Below, piece by piece: positions 22,815 to 35,319 of a stretch of 64,000 nucleotides of DNA (positions within the stretch are counted from its first letter, which is position 1; every line of letters begins with the position of its first letter). Both the position numbers and the translations under genes were made by a program. The DNA comes from Rebecca billardiae RCC1528 (lineage: Eukaryota > Protista > Haptophyta), in contig OZ251251.1 in the NCBI GenBank assembly GCA_965240325.2, forward strand, positions 682,001 to 746,000, read 5' to 3'. The notes beneath the pieces are model-generated. The model saw nothing but the letters and a program-made list of their open reading frames with translations, searched no databases and was not told where the DNA came from.

Positions 22815-23735
22815 TCATGCGGAGGCGACGCGCGCGTGCACAAAAAGCGAGCCGACGATCACCGGGTCGCCACCGACCACCTCGGACACGCGCAGCTCGC
22901 CCGGCTGCCCGGCCGCGCCCGCGGCCGAATCTCCCGCCTCGAGATACAGCTGGCGGTACGTGTTGCGCGGCGCCGCCTGCGCGGACGCGTCGCGCGCGTT
23001 GAGCGCGCGGAATTCGGCGTCGGAGCCGGCCTCGACCAGCCGGACGGACGCGCCGCCGGGTAGCGCCAGCTCGAGGCGGAACGGCGGGAAGATGATCAGG
23101 TCGCGCGCGTCGCCGCCACCGCCGCCGCCGCGCGCGCCGCGGCCGTCCGCGCGCGCCGCCACTTCCGTGTCAGGTACCGAGCCGGCCGAGAGGACGGCGC
23201 TGAGGCCGAGCGGGAACTCGAGGAGCTGCGCGACGCGGCCGTCGCCGACGCGCGCCGCCGCCGCACCGCCGAGCAGCTGCGCCGAGCGCGGGCGCACCGG
23301 CGGCGGCAGCGTGAGCAGCGGAGAGAAGGCGGCGGCGTTGGCGGACCAGACCAGCTCCCACCGGCCGCCGAGCGCGGCCGAGGTGGCGGCGCAGCCGCGC
23401 GAGGGGTCGAGCGGGACGAGCGCGCGCACGGCGGCCTCGGCGTCCGCGTCTCGGCCCTCGCGGATCGCGCGGAGCAGCGCGACGCGCTCCGGCGGGCCGC
23501 CCAGCGCCTCGGCCGCGGCGAGCGCGCCTGGCGCGAGCGGCGCCGCCGCGCGCGCATCCGCGCCCGCGCCGAGCGCGGCGCCGAGCGCGCCCGCGCCGTG
23601 CGCGAGCGCGGCGCGGCGTGGAAGGGTCGTGCGCGTCGCCTGCGCGGCCGGTGGCGCGCGGCGCGGCACGCCCACCGCGAGCGCGGGCACGAGCAGCCAG
23701 CAGGCGCCGAGCGCCGTGCGGCCGAGCGCCATCAT
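22815..23735 (-). CDS. Plastid lipid-associated protein / fibrillin family
   Basis: Signal-peptide-like N-terminus; LGGRWELVWS; C-terminal QLYLE...LRVS...GSLFVHAR. Confidence 0.75.
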   Translation of the reverse strand: MMALGRTALGACWLLVPALAVGVPRRAPPAAQATRTTLPRRAALAHGAGALGAALGAGADARAAAPLAPGALAAAEALGGPPERVALLRAIREGRDADAEAAVRALVPLDPSRGCAATSAALGGRWELVWSANAAAFSPLLTLPPPVRPRSAQLLGGAAAARVGDGRVAQLLEFPLGLSAVLSAGSVPDTEVAARADGRGARGGGGGGDARDLIIFPPFRLELALPGGASVRLVEAGSDAEFRALNARDASAQAAPRNTYRQLYLEAGDSAAGAAGQPGELRVSEVVGGDPVIVGSLFVHARVASA

Positions 23736-23920
23736 CGCTCGAGTCCGGGCACAGATTGGCCGGCCAGCGCCGGACCGGTCGCGCACACGCGCAAGCGACT
23801 CTCGAGTGGCGAGTTGCTGTGCTGGCTGCCCGCTCGGTCCTGACCAGCGCGTGCGCGCGCGGCAGCTGCGCCCGCCTTCCGCACGCGCTCTCGGACCACC
23901 GCCGACCGCACACACGGACG

Positions 23921-26900
23921 ATGCAGGACCGGCCTTCGGAGCAGGACGCGTCAGCCTCGGCGGACGACCGCGCCCGCCTGCGCGAGATGCGTCTGCGCCG
24001 CCTCGAGGCCGCCGCCGCCGCCGCCGCCGCCGCCGCGCCCGCCGCCGCGCCCGCGCCGCCGGCCGGCGCGTGCGCGTCCGCGTCCGCGAGCTCACCCGCG
24101 CGCGGCGGCGCCGAGCCGCCGCCGTCGCGCTTGGCCGCAGCGGCGGACCCCACGCTCCCCCCGCCCAAGCGCGCCGCGCCCGCCTCCGCCGGCGCCACGC
24201 CGCGCGGCGGCGCGTGCGCGCGAGAGGCGGCCGAGCTGCTGCGCCTGCTGCTCGGCGCGCCCGCCGCCTCGGGCGCGCAGGAGGACGTGCTCGCGCGCGC
24301 GGCGCGCGGCGCGCGCGCGGACGCGTCGGCGGACGCGTCCGCTGCCGCCGAGCTGCACGCCGCCCTCGCGTGCGTGCGCGAGCGCATCGCCGCCGCCGCC
24401 GCCGCCGCCGCGTCGGGCGCGGCATCGGAGCCGCCGCCGCCGCAGCCCGCGGCCGCGGTTGTGCGCTGCCTCGCGTGGGCGGCGGCGCTCGAGGCGCAGG
24501 GCCGCTTCCGGTACGACGCGCGGCTGGCGGCGGCGTCGGCGTCGCCGGGCGGCGGGGGCCCCGCCGCGCCGCCGCCGCCCGCCGCCACCTCCGCCGCCGC
24601 CGTGCGCCACGCACTGGCCGCAGAGGCGCGCCAAGGCATCGGCGCGGCCGCGGCGCGCGCGCTCGGCGTGGGCGCGGGCGTGGGCACGGGCGGCGCGGCG
24701 CACCCGGCGGTGATCGCGGCGCTCGGCGAGGCGGTGGGCGCGGCTCGCGTGCCCGCGTGGCTCTGGCCCGCCATCCACGCCGGCGCGCACCCGGACCCGT
24801 CGCCGCTGCCGCGCACGCTCGGGCCGATCCTTGCCGCGCTGCTCCGACCTCTGCGCAGCATGGCCGCCGACGACCCTGCGCCGTTCCTCGGCGCGCCGCT
24901 CGCCGACGTGCTCGGCGCGCCGGGCGCGGGCGAGGCGGTGGGGCGCGTGCTCGAGGACGAGCTCGTGCGCCTGCGCTCGCGCGCGTGGGGCGGGCGCGCG
25001 CTGCAGGAGCGCTCGGCGCTCGCGCCGCCCTTCACCCTTGGCTGCCCGGAGCACACGTTCGCGGAGCGGCTGGCCGGCGCGAAACCGCATGAGGTGGAGG
25101 GCGTGGTGCGCGCGATGCACGCGGGGCTGGGCACGGCGCACGGCGCGGGGGCGGAGCTGCTCAAGCGCGCGTGCAAGGCGGGCCCCGCGCCGCGCGAGCA
25201 CGCGCTCGGCTGGCTCGCGCGCGCGCTGGGCGCGAGCGCGGCGCGCGCCGAGCACATCCGAACGTCCGCGCAGTCTTCCGAGCACGCGCTCGCGCACGCG
25301 CGCGCCAACGCGGAGTGCGGCGGCGACGAGTTCGTGTGCGGGCTGGCGGCGTCGGCGCTGCGGCTGTGCCGCCCCTTCCTCGCGTACGACGGGCCCGCGC
25401 CGCCCGCCGCCACCCTCGCCCGCCTCCACCTGCGCTACTACGCGTCGACGCCACGCGCCGACCGGCCGGCGTATGGCCGCGGCGCGCGCCTCGCGGGCGC
25501 GCTGCGCGTGGGCGGGGCGGAGGGCGAGGGCGGCGAGGGCGGGCTGTACGACGAGGAAGGCGACGCGCCGATGCCGCCGCCCGCCGCGCAGCCCGCGGGC
25601 CCCCACAACGCCGCGGCCGCCGGGCAGCCGCAGCCATCCTTATTCCATTTCGTGGGCGAGATCTTTTTTCTTGCGCAGTACGGCCTGCGTGTGGGACTGG
25701 TCCCGGCGGTGCGGCGGTGCAGCTACGAGCTGCTGCGGCTGGAGCGCACGCTCGCGGCGAGGAAGAAGGGCGCGGACGCCGACGCCGACGCCGACGGCGC
25801 CGCCGCGGAGCAGGCGTACCGGCTGCACCAGGCGCACCTGGTCCTGCTGGCACAGCCGGACCTGGTGCAGGACTCGCTCGATTTTGTCCGGCTGCAGGCG
25901 GCGTGGCTCGCCACGATGGCGGCGCTGCCGGCGGCGGAGGCGGAGGCGGCGTTCGCCGCCGTGCCCGCGTGGGTGGTGCTCGACATGGCGGCGTGGCTCT
26001 GCTTCGTGGCGGAGGTGCGGCCGCGCGAGCTCGCGCTCCAGCCGCTCCGCCACCTGATGGCCTCGCTGAGCGCGCTCATCCGCGCGGGCTGTCCGCAACT
26101 CAACGGCGGGCGGCGGCTGATCCGCTCGCCCGTCATCCTCGGCAAGCTGGTGGAGGTGGTGCACGCCGTCGTCGTGCCGGCCGAGGCGCGCGCCGCGCGC
26201 GCCGCCGGCGGCTGGGGCGGCGGCGCGGTCGGCTCGCCGCTCGCCGACGCGCTGCTCGCCGAGCGCCCCACCTGCTGCTTGCTGATCGAGCCGCTCGTCG
26301 CCACGTACGCGGCGGTGGACGCTGTCGAGGTGCGGGGCGGGCAGGCGGCACGCGCGCGCGCGCACACACGCGCACACACACGCACGCGCGGTGCTCAACC
26401 CCCGACCCCCGACCCCCGACCCCAACCCCAGGGCCTGGACGTGGACTCGGTCGAAGCGGCCGACTTTGAGAAGTTTGCCGTGCGCGGGCGCATCAACGCG
26501 CTGTTGCTTGCGCTGTGGCGGCTGCCGGAGGTGCGGCGCGGGCGCGGACGGGCGGCGGCGGCGACGGGCGGCCTCGCGCGCCGCACGCGCGCCCCGCCGA
26601 CGCGCGGACCCCCGCCCGCCTCCCCCCTTTACCCCTCCCCGTCCGGCGGCGCAGCCCAGGGCGACCCTCGTTCAGCTCGGCTCGGCCGCACGCACCGCTC
26701 CCGCGCTGAGCGCGCTGCTGCACGGCTGCGTTGACACGGTGCTGTACTCGCTCGACGAGGCGCTGCGCCGGCTGCGCGAGCTGAACCGCGCGGCGGCGGG
26801 CGGCGCGCCGGCGGAGGAGGCGGAGGGCGGCGGCGGCGCGCGGTACGTGCGCCACCTGCTGCGCACCGCTGACTCGACGCTCGAGCTCGCCGCCACGCTC

Positions 26901-29900
26901 GCCGCCGAGCCCGCGCTCGGCGCGCTGCTCGCGGTGCCGCCGGTGTCCGCGCGGCTGGCGGCCATGCTGGTGCAGTTCGTGCCGTGCCTGGCGGGGCCGC
27001 GCGCGGTGGCGCTGCGGCTGTGGCCGCCGGCGCCGGCGGCGGCGGCGGCGGAGGGCGCGGCCGAGGGCTCGGAGCCGGCGGACGGCGGCGCGGGCGGCTG
27101 GGCGGGCGCGCAGCGCGCGCTCGGCGCGGCCTACAAGCCGCGCGCGCTGCTGTCGCGTCTGCTGTGCCTGCTCGCGCGCACCGCGCCGCACGGCGGCGGC
27201 GGCGGCGGCGTGGCCGCGCAGCTCGGCGCCTGCGAGGACCTCGAGCTCGGCGCGTTCGAGAGCGCCATGGCGGCCGTGGAGCGCGACGGGCTGCTGCCAG
27301 CGGAGGAGCGGCAGGCGCTCGCGGCAGCCATGGCGGAGGTGAGGGCGGCGGTGGCGCGCGGCGGCGGCGGCGCGGCCGGCTCGAGCGGCGGCGGCGGCGG
27401 CGGCGGCGCGGCGGGCGGCGCGGCGGCGGGCGCGGCGGCGGGCGGCGGCGGCTCGGGCGGCGGCGGTGCCGAGGCGGAGGAGGCGCTGTTCGCCGAGCTC
27501 CGCGCCGAGCTCGGCCCGATCCCGCCGCCCTCCGCCACCGCCATCGGCGGCGGCAGCGGGCTGCGCGGCGCGGCGGGCGGCGGGCTGGGCGCGAGCGCGC
27601 GCCTCGTGAGCGCGTACGCTGCGGCGCTCGGCCCTCTCGCATACGACGCGGCCGCGCTGCTCGAGGCGGGGTGCGTACCGGCGCACTCGTTCCGCGCGCA
27701 GGCGCTCGAGGGCGCGTCGGGAGACTCGGCGCCCGCCGCCCTGCGCAAGACGCTGATGGCCGAGGTGCGCCGGTTGCAGCGGGGGGACCTCCCCTTGCAC
27801 CCGGACGCCGCCATCTTCGTGCGGCAGGACGAGGGGCACATGGGCGTGTGGCGCGCGCTGATGACGGGGCCGATGGACACGCCGTACGCGCTCGGCTGCT
27901 TCGTCTTCGACCTGCTCTGTCTCCCCGAGTACCCTGCCATCCCGCCGCTGATGCGCTTCATCACCACCGCGGGCGGCACCGTCAAGTTCAACCCGAATCT
28001 GTACGCGGACGGCAAGGTGCGCGCGCGGCCTGGGAGTGCAAGCTCCGCCCCTCCGCGCGTGCGCCCGCGCCGCCTGCGCGCGTGGGGCGAGGCCGCTGCG
28101 GGGCCACGGCCGCAGTGCCGCTGTTGCGTGCCGCGCGCGCGCGGGGGGCTCGGCGCGGCGGCGCGCGCCCGGCGGCATGCGTGTGTGCAGTGCACGGCGG
28201 GCGGGCGGGCGGGCGGGCGGCTGCACCCGCCGACGCTCACAGCGCCCTCCCCCGCTGCCGCGCGCGCCGCCCGCCCTGCCGCCGCCCCGCCCCGTCCGCA
28301 GGTGTGCGCCTCGCTCCTCGGCACCTTCTCCGGCGCCGACGCGTCGCAGCGCTGGGACCCGGCGCGCTCGTCCCTGTACCAGCTGCTCGTGTCCGTGCAG
28401 TCGCAGATGCTCGTGGAGGCGCCGTTCCTCAACGAGCCGGGGTACGAGGACCGGCCGCCGGACTGCGCGGAGTCTGCCGAGTACAACAGCGCCCTGCGGC
28501 TGCACACCGTGCGGCACGCGATGGTCGCCATGCTGCGCAGCCCGGTGCGCGCGCGGGGCGGCGGAGATTGCAATCTCGGCCGTGCGTTCTGTTCGCGCGC
28601 CGTGCGGAGGGGCGGCGTCGCGGAGGGCGCGCGCCGACGCTGTCGCGTGCTCGGCGGGGGTGGCGGCGGCGGCGGTGGCGGCGCGCGGCGGAAGGCGGAA
28701 GGCCAGCTCACGCGCTGCCCCGCGCCGCCGTGCGCGCGCGCGCGCCCTCGCGCGCACCGCGCACCGCGCACCCCCCCCCTGGGCCGCGCGCGCCGCGCTC
28801 GCGCCCCCGCAGCCGTGCGGCTTTGAGGACGTCGTCCGCGCCCACTTTGCGCGGCAGCGCGCGCGCGTGCTGCGCTTGGTGTGGCGATGGGCGGCGGACG
28901 CGCCGCCGGAGCTGCGGCCGCGGATGGTGGCCGCTCTGGCGCAGCTGCGCGCCGCGCTGCCGCCGGCAGAGGCTGGCGAGGAGGAGGCGGAGGCGGAGGA
29001 AGCGGCGGCGGCGGCGGCGGCGGAGGAGCAGCAGCAGGCTGCCCAGGTGCGCGCGCGCGCGCGCGCGCCGCGGGGCCGGCAGGGGCGTGCGCCGCGCCTG
29101 CGGGGTGCTCAGGAGCGCTGCCCGCCGCCGCCTGCGCCGCGCTCGCGCCGCCGCCGCCACGCGCGCTCGGCGCCGCGGCAGCAGGCGGCGCCGCCCCACG
29201 CCGCGCCGCCGCACGCCGCGCCGCAGCCGCCGCCGCCGCTCACGGCGCAGGCGCTGGCCGCCGCCCTCGCCGCGGCGGGCGCGCTTGCGCCCGCGCCGCC
29301 GCCGCAGCCGCCGCCGCAGCCGCCGCAGCAGCCGCCGCCGCCGCCGCAGCCGCAGCCGCAGCAGCCGGCCGGTGGCATTGGCGCGATGGCGGCAGACGAG
29401 CTGCGCGCACAGCTCGCCGCCGCCCTCGCCGCCGCCGGCGCCTCCGCCGCGCCGCAGCCGATGGAGGTCGAGCCCCTCCCGCCCGGAGCCGCGCTCCCCG
29501 GACTGCCCGGACTCCCAGGCGGGGCGCAGCAGCCGGTGGCAGCGGCCGATGCGCAGATGGCGGCGGCCGGCGAAGGGCCGGACGGTCCGGACCCGCCGCT
29601 GAGTTCGGACGAGCTGGCGGAGCTGGGGCTGGGGCCGGCGGACGCGCAGGCGCTGCAGCGGGTGCGCGCGCGCGCGCGCGCCGGGGCGTGCGCGAGTGCC
29701 CGCGCCGCACCGCGGTGCAACGGCAAGGCGCGCCAAGCCACGCGCCGGAGCTGAGCGCGGCGAGCGCCGCAGCTGACGAGCCCGCGTCGGCGCGCGCGTC
29801 CCGTGCCCCCGTGGCCTGCCCCGCCCCCGGCCGCGCCCGTGCGAATCCTCGGCAGCTCGAAGGGCTCGGCTTTGGCCCGTCGGTGGCGCTGGAGGCCTAC

Positions 29901-29960
29901 CTCGTGTGCGAGCGGAACGAGACCCTCGCCGCCAACTTCCTCTTCTCCCAGTACGACTGA
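23921..29960 (+). CDS. Ufd2/E4-core + BIRC6-type ubiquitin-conjugating (UBC) domain + C-terminal UBA protein, spliced
   Basis: Ufd2-core-like FHFVGEIFFL, AVPAWVVLD, IRSPVILGKLVEV, EKFAVRGRI, DTVLYSLDEAL; UBC ALMTGPMDTPYALGCFVFD...KFNPNLYADGK/VCASLLGT; UBA LGFGPSVALEAYLVCERNETLAANFLF. Confidence 0.8.
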
Positions 29961-30922
29961 TAATAATTATAATATGACTCGGCTACTTGACGCGCGAGTA
30001 GTGACTGGCGGTCTGCGGGTCTGGCGGCTTGGCACGGGGGACAGGGGTCAACCGTCGGAGCCAGAGCCAGCAGCCATCACCCACGCACTACCCAGCGGCG
30101 GCACTTGATGCTGCATTAGGCCCAGGCATCATGAGACAGAGTGCCGCCGAGACTGCGCGAATCGGACGTGCCGCCCCGCCTGGAGTATCTCGCCTGCCTG
30201 AGCTGTGGGCTCCGGTCACTGTCCGGGCGGACGTCCAGCAGGGGTGAATTCAGACTCTCTGGGGGGGTCTGGGGGGGCTCCCCCCAGCCGATCGAAGGAC
30301 CAAATACGCCTCAATAAGGCCCCAACTCGCCAGAATTCGCATAGCAGACCGTGTTCGTTGGACGTGTTGGCTGAGGGCTGCGTCGTGCGGCGTCGGCTCT
30401 GCGCCGGGCGGCCATGACGCATTGCACACAGCCCCGATATCGGCGCCTCCCTCGCGAGTCAAGACGTAGCGTAGTGCAGGATCGAGCAACGCATTGACCG
30501 CTGCGGCGCACCGCGCAGGCCACGCCGCACCTCAGCACTCGCGAACAAGCTCTGAGCCAGCCAGCTGTGGCAGTCCTCTGAGGAGCTGCAGCCAAGCACG
30601 AGCTCGTGCGCATACCCGTGGCACCACGAGCTGACGGCGCGGCCCGGGGCGCGAGCAGCTAGAAGCCGACAAGCTCATGCGCACGCCCGCACCGCCGCGA
30701 GGTGTGGCCGCCGGCGCGAGCAGCTCGACGCGGACAGCGCGCAGCTTGCTCGAGTCGACGAGCAGCTTCTCGCCCATCGGTGACTCTCAGTGCACGAAGG
30801 TGCACCCGAGGCGCGAGCGCGACAGGGTGCCGCGGCCAACCAGCGGATGCGCCCGGATCAAGGCCTCCCAAGACGTCTCATCTCCTCGCCCGCTCCGCGG
30901 AACTCCATCGTGCGGGAGAGTC

Positions 30923-31697
30923 CAGGGCTGGGAGTTCGTGATCACGTGAGCGTGATATCACGGCGTGATCACGTGACACGTGATCACGTGACGCGTCACG
31001 TCGGCAATGGGTCCGTCACGTGACAGCAGTCCGGTAGTCATGGTGTGCACCCGGACAGCCCCAGGGCCCGAGGCCGGGGCGGTGCGGGGCGCGCCGACTC
31101 CGGCCGCCGAGAGTACTCGACGAGCCGCAAGGCGGGTTCGCGGCCGCAGTCGGATGAGCCGCCGTGGCGGACGTGCCGAGCGCGGAGGCGGGCGCGCCGA
31201 GCGCGGAGTCGGCGCGTGAGAAGAAGCGCCTCAAGCCGGGGGAGCGCCAGCTGGGCAAGGCGCGCCCGATCCCATCCTCGAGCGCACCAATGAATAATGG
31301 CCACGCGCGGCCCGGGCCGCGGACGGCGGAAGGGCTCCGGCGCGGTGAGTGCGCGCGAGCTGACCAAGTTTAAGATGGCTCGGCAGGCGAGCCTCATGCA
31401 GGTATTCAGACGGGGCTGCTGACCACGACTAGTCGGAGTGCAGCTGTCTAATCGCGCTCTTCATGAGTACTCGTCCGCGAGTACTGGTCTGTCGTAGACG
31501 ATTAGATTTCGTCCGATTATTCACTCCCAAATAGGCCCAAAAATTGTCTTCGCCTCGGCCCGGCGGGGCCCCGGGGGGACACCCCCCGGACCCCCCCCGT
31601 GGGCCGGACTCGTCACGTGATGTCACGTGATCACGCCTGTTGGGCAGCCGTGACGACACGTGATCGGGTCACTGTACGACGAATTCCCAGCCCGCTG
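30923..31697. mobile_element. hAT-like MITE with subterminal TCACGTGA repeats
   Basis: TIR GGGCTGGGA(G/A)TTCGT; CACGTG clusters at ~30940-31023 and ~31613-31663; no clean TSD. Confidence 0.7.
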
Positions 31698-32014
31698 GGG
31701 AGACCGGTCCGGGAGGCCAAAAAAAAGTTCAGCACGATGGAGTCCTCCGTGTTCGACTGTGACGACGCGTTCAAACACGTCGAGGCGTGAGAAGACGTCG
31801 ATTACTTCGATGAGGACTACGTTACTTCGTCCGCCGCCCCGGAGATCGTCTTTCGATTGATGGTACCCTCATCGCCCTCTGGCTCCCAGGGGTTCCGGTC
31901 TAAACTTGCACCCCCCATAGGGTCAGTGGACGTCCCTGACTGTGGCGCTGGAGCCTGTGTGCGTCTCTTATTCTTAGTAAACTGTATATATAGCTAGATG
32001 AGCGTCGTCGCTAG

Positions 32015-35000
32015 CTACCCGCGCGCGGCCCCGCCGTGCCCCGCCTGCGCGAGCGGCGGGACGATCTCGAAGTCGACGTCCATGCCCGTGTCCGAGTGCG
32101 CGTAGATGTGGCAGTGGCTGAGCGAGCGCCCCGTGAAGTCGCGCGCGCGCCAGCGGATCGTCACGTTGCCCGGCGTCGGGAGCACGATCGTGTCGCGCCA
32201 GTCGCCGGGGGCGTAGTCGAACGCGGCGGCGGCGCGCGCGGCCTCGGCGCCGCGCAGACTCGCGTGCCGCACGTCAAGAATCTGAAAGTGGTTCACGTGC
32301 AGGTGGAAGGGGTGGTTGCTCAGCTGCGCCCGGCCGTCGAGCGTGTACCCGTTGCTCACGCTCCACTCCTCCACGGAGCCGAGCGGCACGGTGCGCCGCA
32401 CCGCGCCGTCGTATGATCGGCCGTTCATCCCGTACCAGGTGTACTTCCACAGGGGGGGCGCCGCGCCGGCGCCGGCGCCGGCGCCGGCGCTGGCGCCGCC
32501 GCTGCCGCCGCCGCCGCCGGCCGTGTGGGCGGTGCCCGCGTCGTCGCCGCCGCCGGCGCCGGCGGCGGCAGCTGTCCCGTTGCTCCCGTCGGGTGCGGCG
32601 CGCGCGCGCGCGGGCGCCTCCACGGCCTCGTCGAAGCCGATGCCTGGCGGCGGCAGCGGCGCGGGGCGCATCACCGCGCCGCCGTGCGACATGCTGAGCT
32701 GCCAGCGCGAGACAGCATGCGCGGGCAGCGCGCGCAGGTCCTCCTCGCCCGTGCCAAGGGCAGGAGCGCCCTCACCCTCGCGGCCGGCGCCGGCGCCACC
32801 CTTGGCGCCGCCGCCGTGCGCGGGGCGGTGCGCCGCGCGCAGCTGGCGGCGCGCGGCGCGGCGCGCCGACGGCCGGTGGACGCCGCCGCCGCCGCCGCCC
32901 GCCGCCGCCGTCGAGTGACCCGAGCCTTGCCCGAGCGCGCGCGCGCCCGGCAGCGGCGCTATCATCAGCGGCAGCGCCGCCGTCCGCGCCGGGGCCGTCG
33001 GCGCCGGCTGCTGCCCGGCGCGCGCGGGCGCGCCCGCGCCCGTCGTCGTCGCCGTCGGCGCCGGCCACCACCGCCCAGCCAGCGCGGCGGCGCTCACCGG
33101 CGGCGTCCGCCCACGCGCGGGCGCCGCCGCCGGCTCCGTCGACGGCGGCGGCGGCAGCACTTCAAGTAGCAGCAGCTCGGCGTCGGTCACGTCCGAGCCG
33201 TTGCCCATGAATTCGAGCAGCGCGGGCGGCGCGCCGCGGAGCCCCGAGCGCAGCGCAAACCGCGCGAGGGGCGCGGCCGGCTGGTCCGCGTCCGCGCGCT
33301 GCGCCGACGCGCGCGCGCCGGGCGCGCGTGAGCACAGTACGCGCAGCAGCGCGCGCGAGCCCGGCGCCATTACCACTCGGCCGTGCGGCGCGCGCCTCGG
33401 CCGCGCCAGCGCGACTCCGTCCCGCGCGAGCACCAGCAGGGCGCATGACACGCCGTCGTCGGCGGCGTCGTCGGCGTCGGCGGCGTGCGCACCCGCTGCG
33501 CCGGGCGCGCCCGCCGCCGATGACAGGCGCAGCGCGGCGCTCTGCTGGCCGCTCAGAGCGCGCCGGCTGCTCGGAGCGGCGGCGTTGCCTGGCGCTGCCC
33601 TCCTGTCGTCAGCAGCGCCGATGAGCTTGGCGAGGTGCAGCACGAGCATGTCGTTGTGGCCCGCGTGCACGAGCGCGAGGTCCTCCCGCCCGTCCGCCTC
33701 CGCCTCCGCCTCCGCCTCCGCCTCCGCCTCCGCAGCGGCGGCGGAGGCTGGCTCCTCTGCAGGCACCAAGCGCGGCTCAGCGCGCGCCGCCGGGCGCAGC
33801 GTCACCGCCGCGCGCGGGAAGAGATGCCCGTTGACCGTGGCGAGCTGCGCGGGCGCGTCCACCCAGTGCGCGCCCTCGGCGGCGGCGGCGCCCGAGGCTG
33901 CGTGCGGCCCGTCCTCCGCGCCGCGCGCGCCGCCGCCGCCGCGCGCGCGCATGCGCACGCGCCCTCCCTTGCCCAGCGGCGGCGCGAGCCCGCGCAGCTG
34001 GACACCGAGCGGAAGCGTCGAGCCGGCCGCGCCAGCGGCCCACGCGTAGTTGCGCATGGTGCCCGCGGCCACGTTGAAGGTCTGCACGACGCACACGCGC
34101 GCGCGCGCCGCCGCGGGCCCCGCGGCGGGGATCCCGCCGGCCGGGCGGGCCGGGCGCGACGGCGGCGGCGCGCCCTGCGCCGCAGCCACCGCCGCGGCCG
34201 CGGGCGTCGGCGGCGGCGGCGCGCCCTTTGGGCGCACGACGATCGCCCCGGCCATCCCGCCCGCCGCGTGCAGCGCCGACGAGCCGTGCAGGTGCGGATG
34301 GTAGAAGAAGTGGCCGACGGGGTGGTCGGAGGGGATGCGGTACTCGAAGAGACCCTCGCTCTGCGGGCCGATGCGGCTGCGCGCGGCGCGGGGCGGGCGC
34401 GCGGCGCGGGGCGGGCGGGCAGGCAGGGACGGCCGTCGGGGTGCGGGGCCGGGGGCGGGCAGTGGGCGCGCGCGCGCGGCGCACAGCGCGCGGCGCGCGC
34501 GCACCGGTACACGTTGTCCCCGAGCCCGCTCGGCGAGACGTGCATGCCGTGCACGTGCAGCGCCGTCGCGTTCGGGTGACCCAGTCGGTTCCAGGACGAG
34601 AGGCCGGGCCCGTCGTATGCGCTGTCGGCCGGGTCGTGCTCGAGCATGTTGACGAGGCGGATGCGCAGCGTGTCGCCCTGCGCGACGTGCAGCGTGGGGC
34701 CCGGGATGCTCCCCTCGTACGCGCGCACGTTCAGCGTGAGCGCCGCGCCCTCGCCCTCGCCGCCGCCACCGCCTTCGCCTTCGCCTTCGCCGCTGCCGCC
34801 GAGCTTCACGGTGGCCACGCGCACGCGGATGGTGGTGTTCAGCTCGCCGCCCTCGGAGACGCGCGCCTCGGGCTCGACGAGAAGCGGGCGCTCGCCGATG
34901 ACCACCGCCGCGCGCGCGTGCGCGACGGCCGGGGCGCTCGCCGCGCCGCGCGCAGCCGCGGCCGCGCAAAGCGCCAGTACGCACGCCGCCGCCGCGACGG

Positions 35001-35142
35001 CCGCGACGGCGGCGCGCGAGCACGAGCGAGCTCGTGCGCTGCGTGGCGCGTGATGAAGCCCCGCCTCCGCGTCGGCCATCAACGGCTCGCGCGCCTCAGC
35101 CGCGAGCGCACCGCGCGGCGCGGGGTCGTGGCGCTCGACCAT
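32015..35142 (-). CDS. Multicopper oxidase with N-terminal membrane anchor (intron ~34378-34506)
   Basis: All four copper motifs: LHVHG, YHPHLHG, HPFHLH, HCHIYAHSDTGM; also YEGSIPGPTL and WRDTI. Confidence 0.93.
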
Positions 35143-35319
35143 GGTGCCCTCCGCGCGCGACGTCGTCGCCAGCGAAGGCTCTCGCGCGCAAGCCTGCCCG
35201 GCGCGTTTGCGACTGTTCACAGGCGGGGCCGGCCGGCCAGTGGGCAACCATTTTCATCATCGCAATAATCGATCCGATCGGTCCGGTCCGCCGTCATTTT
35301 GGTCTCCGTCGGTGGACGC

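Noticed and set aside
30239-31938. Larger CAGGG...CCCTG element enclosing the CACGTG MITE
   Set aside because: The ends match over only ~5 bp and there is no TSD
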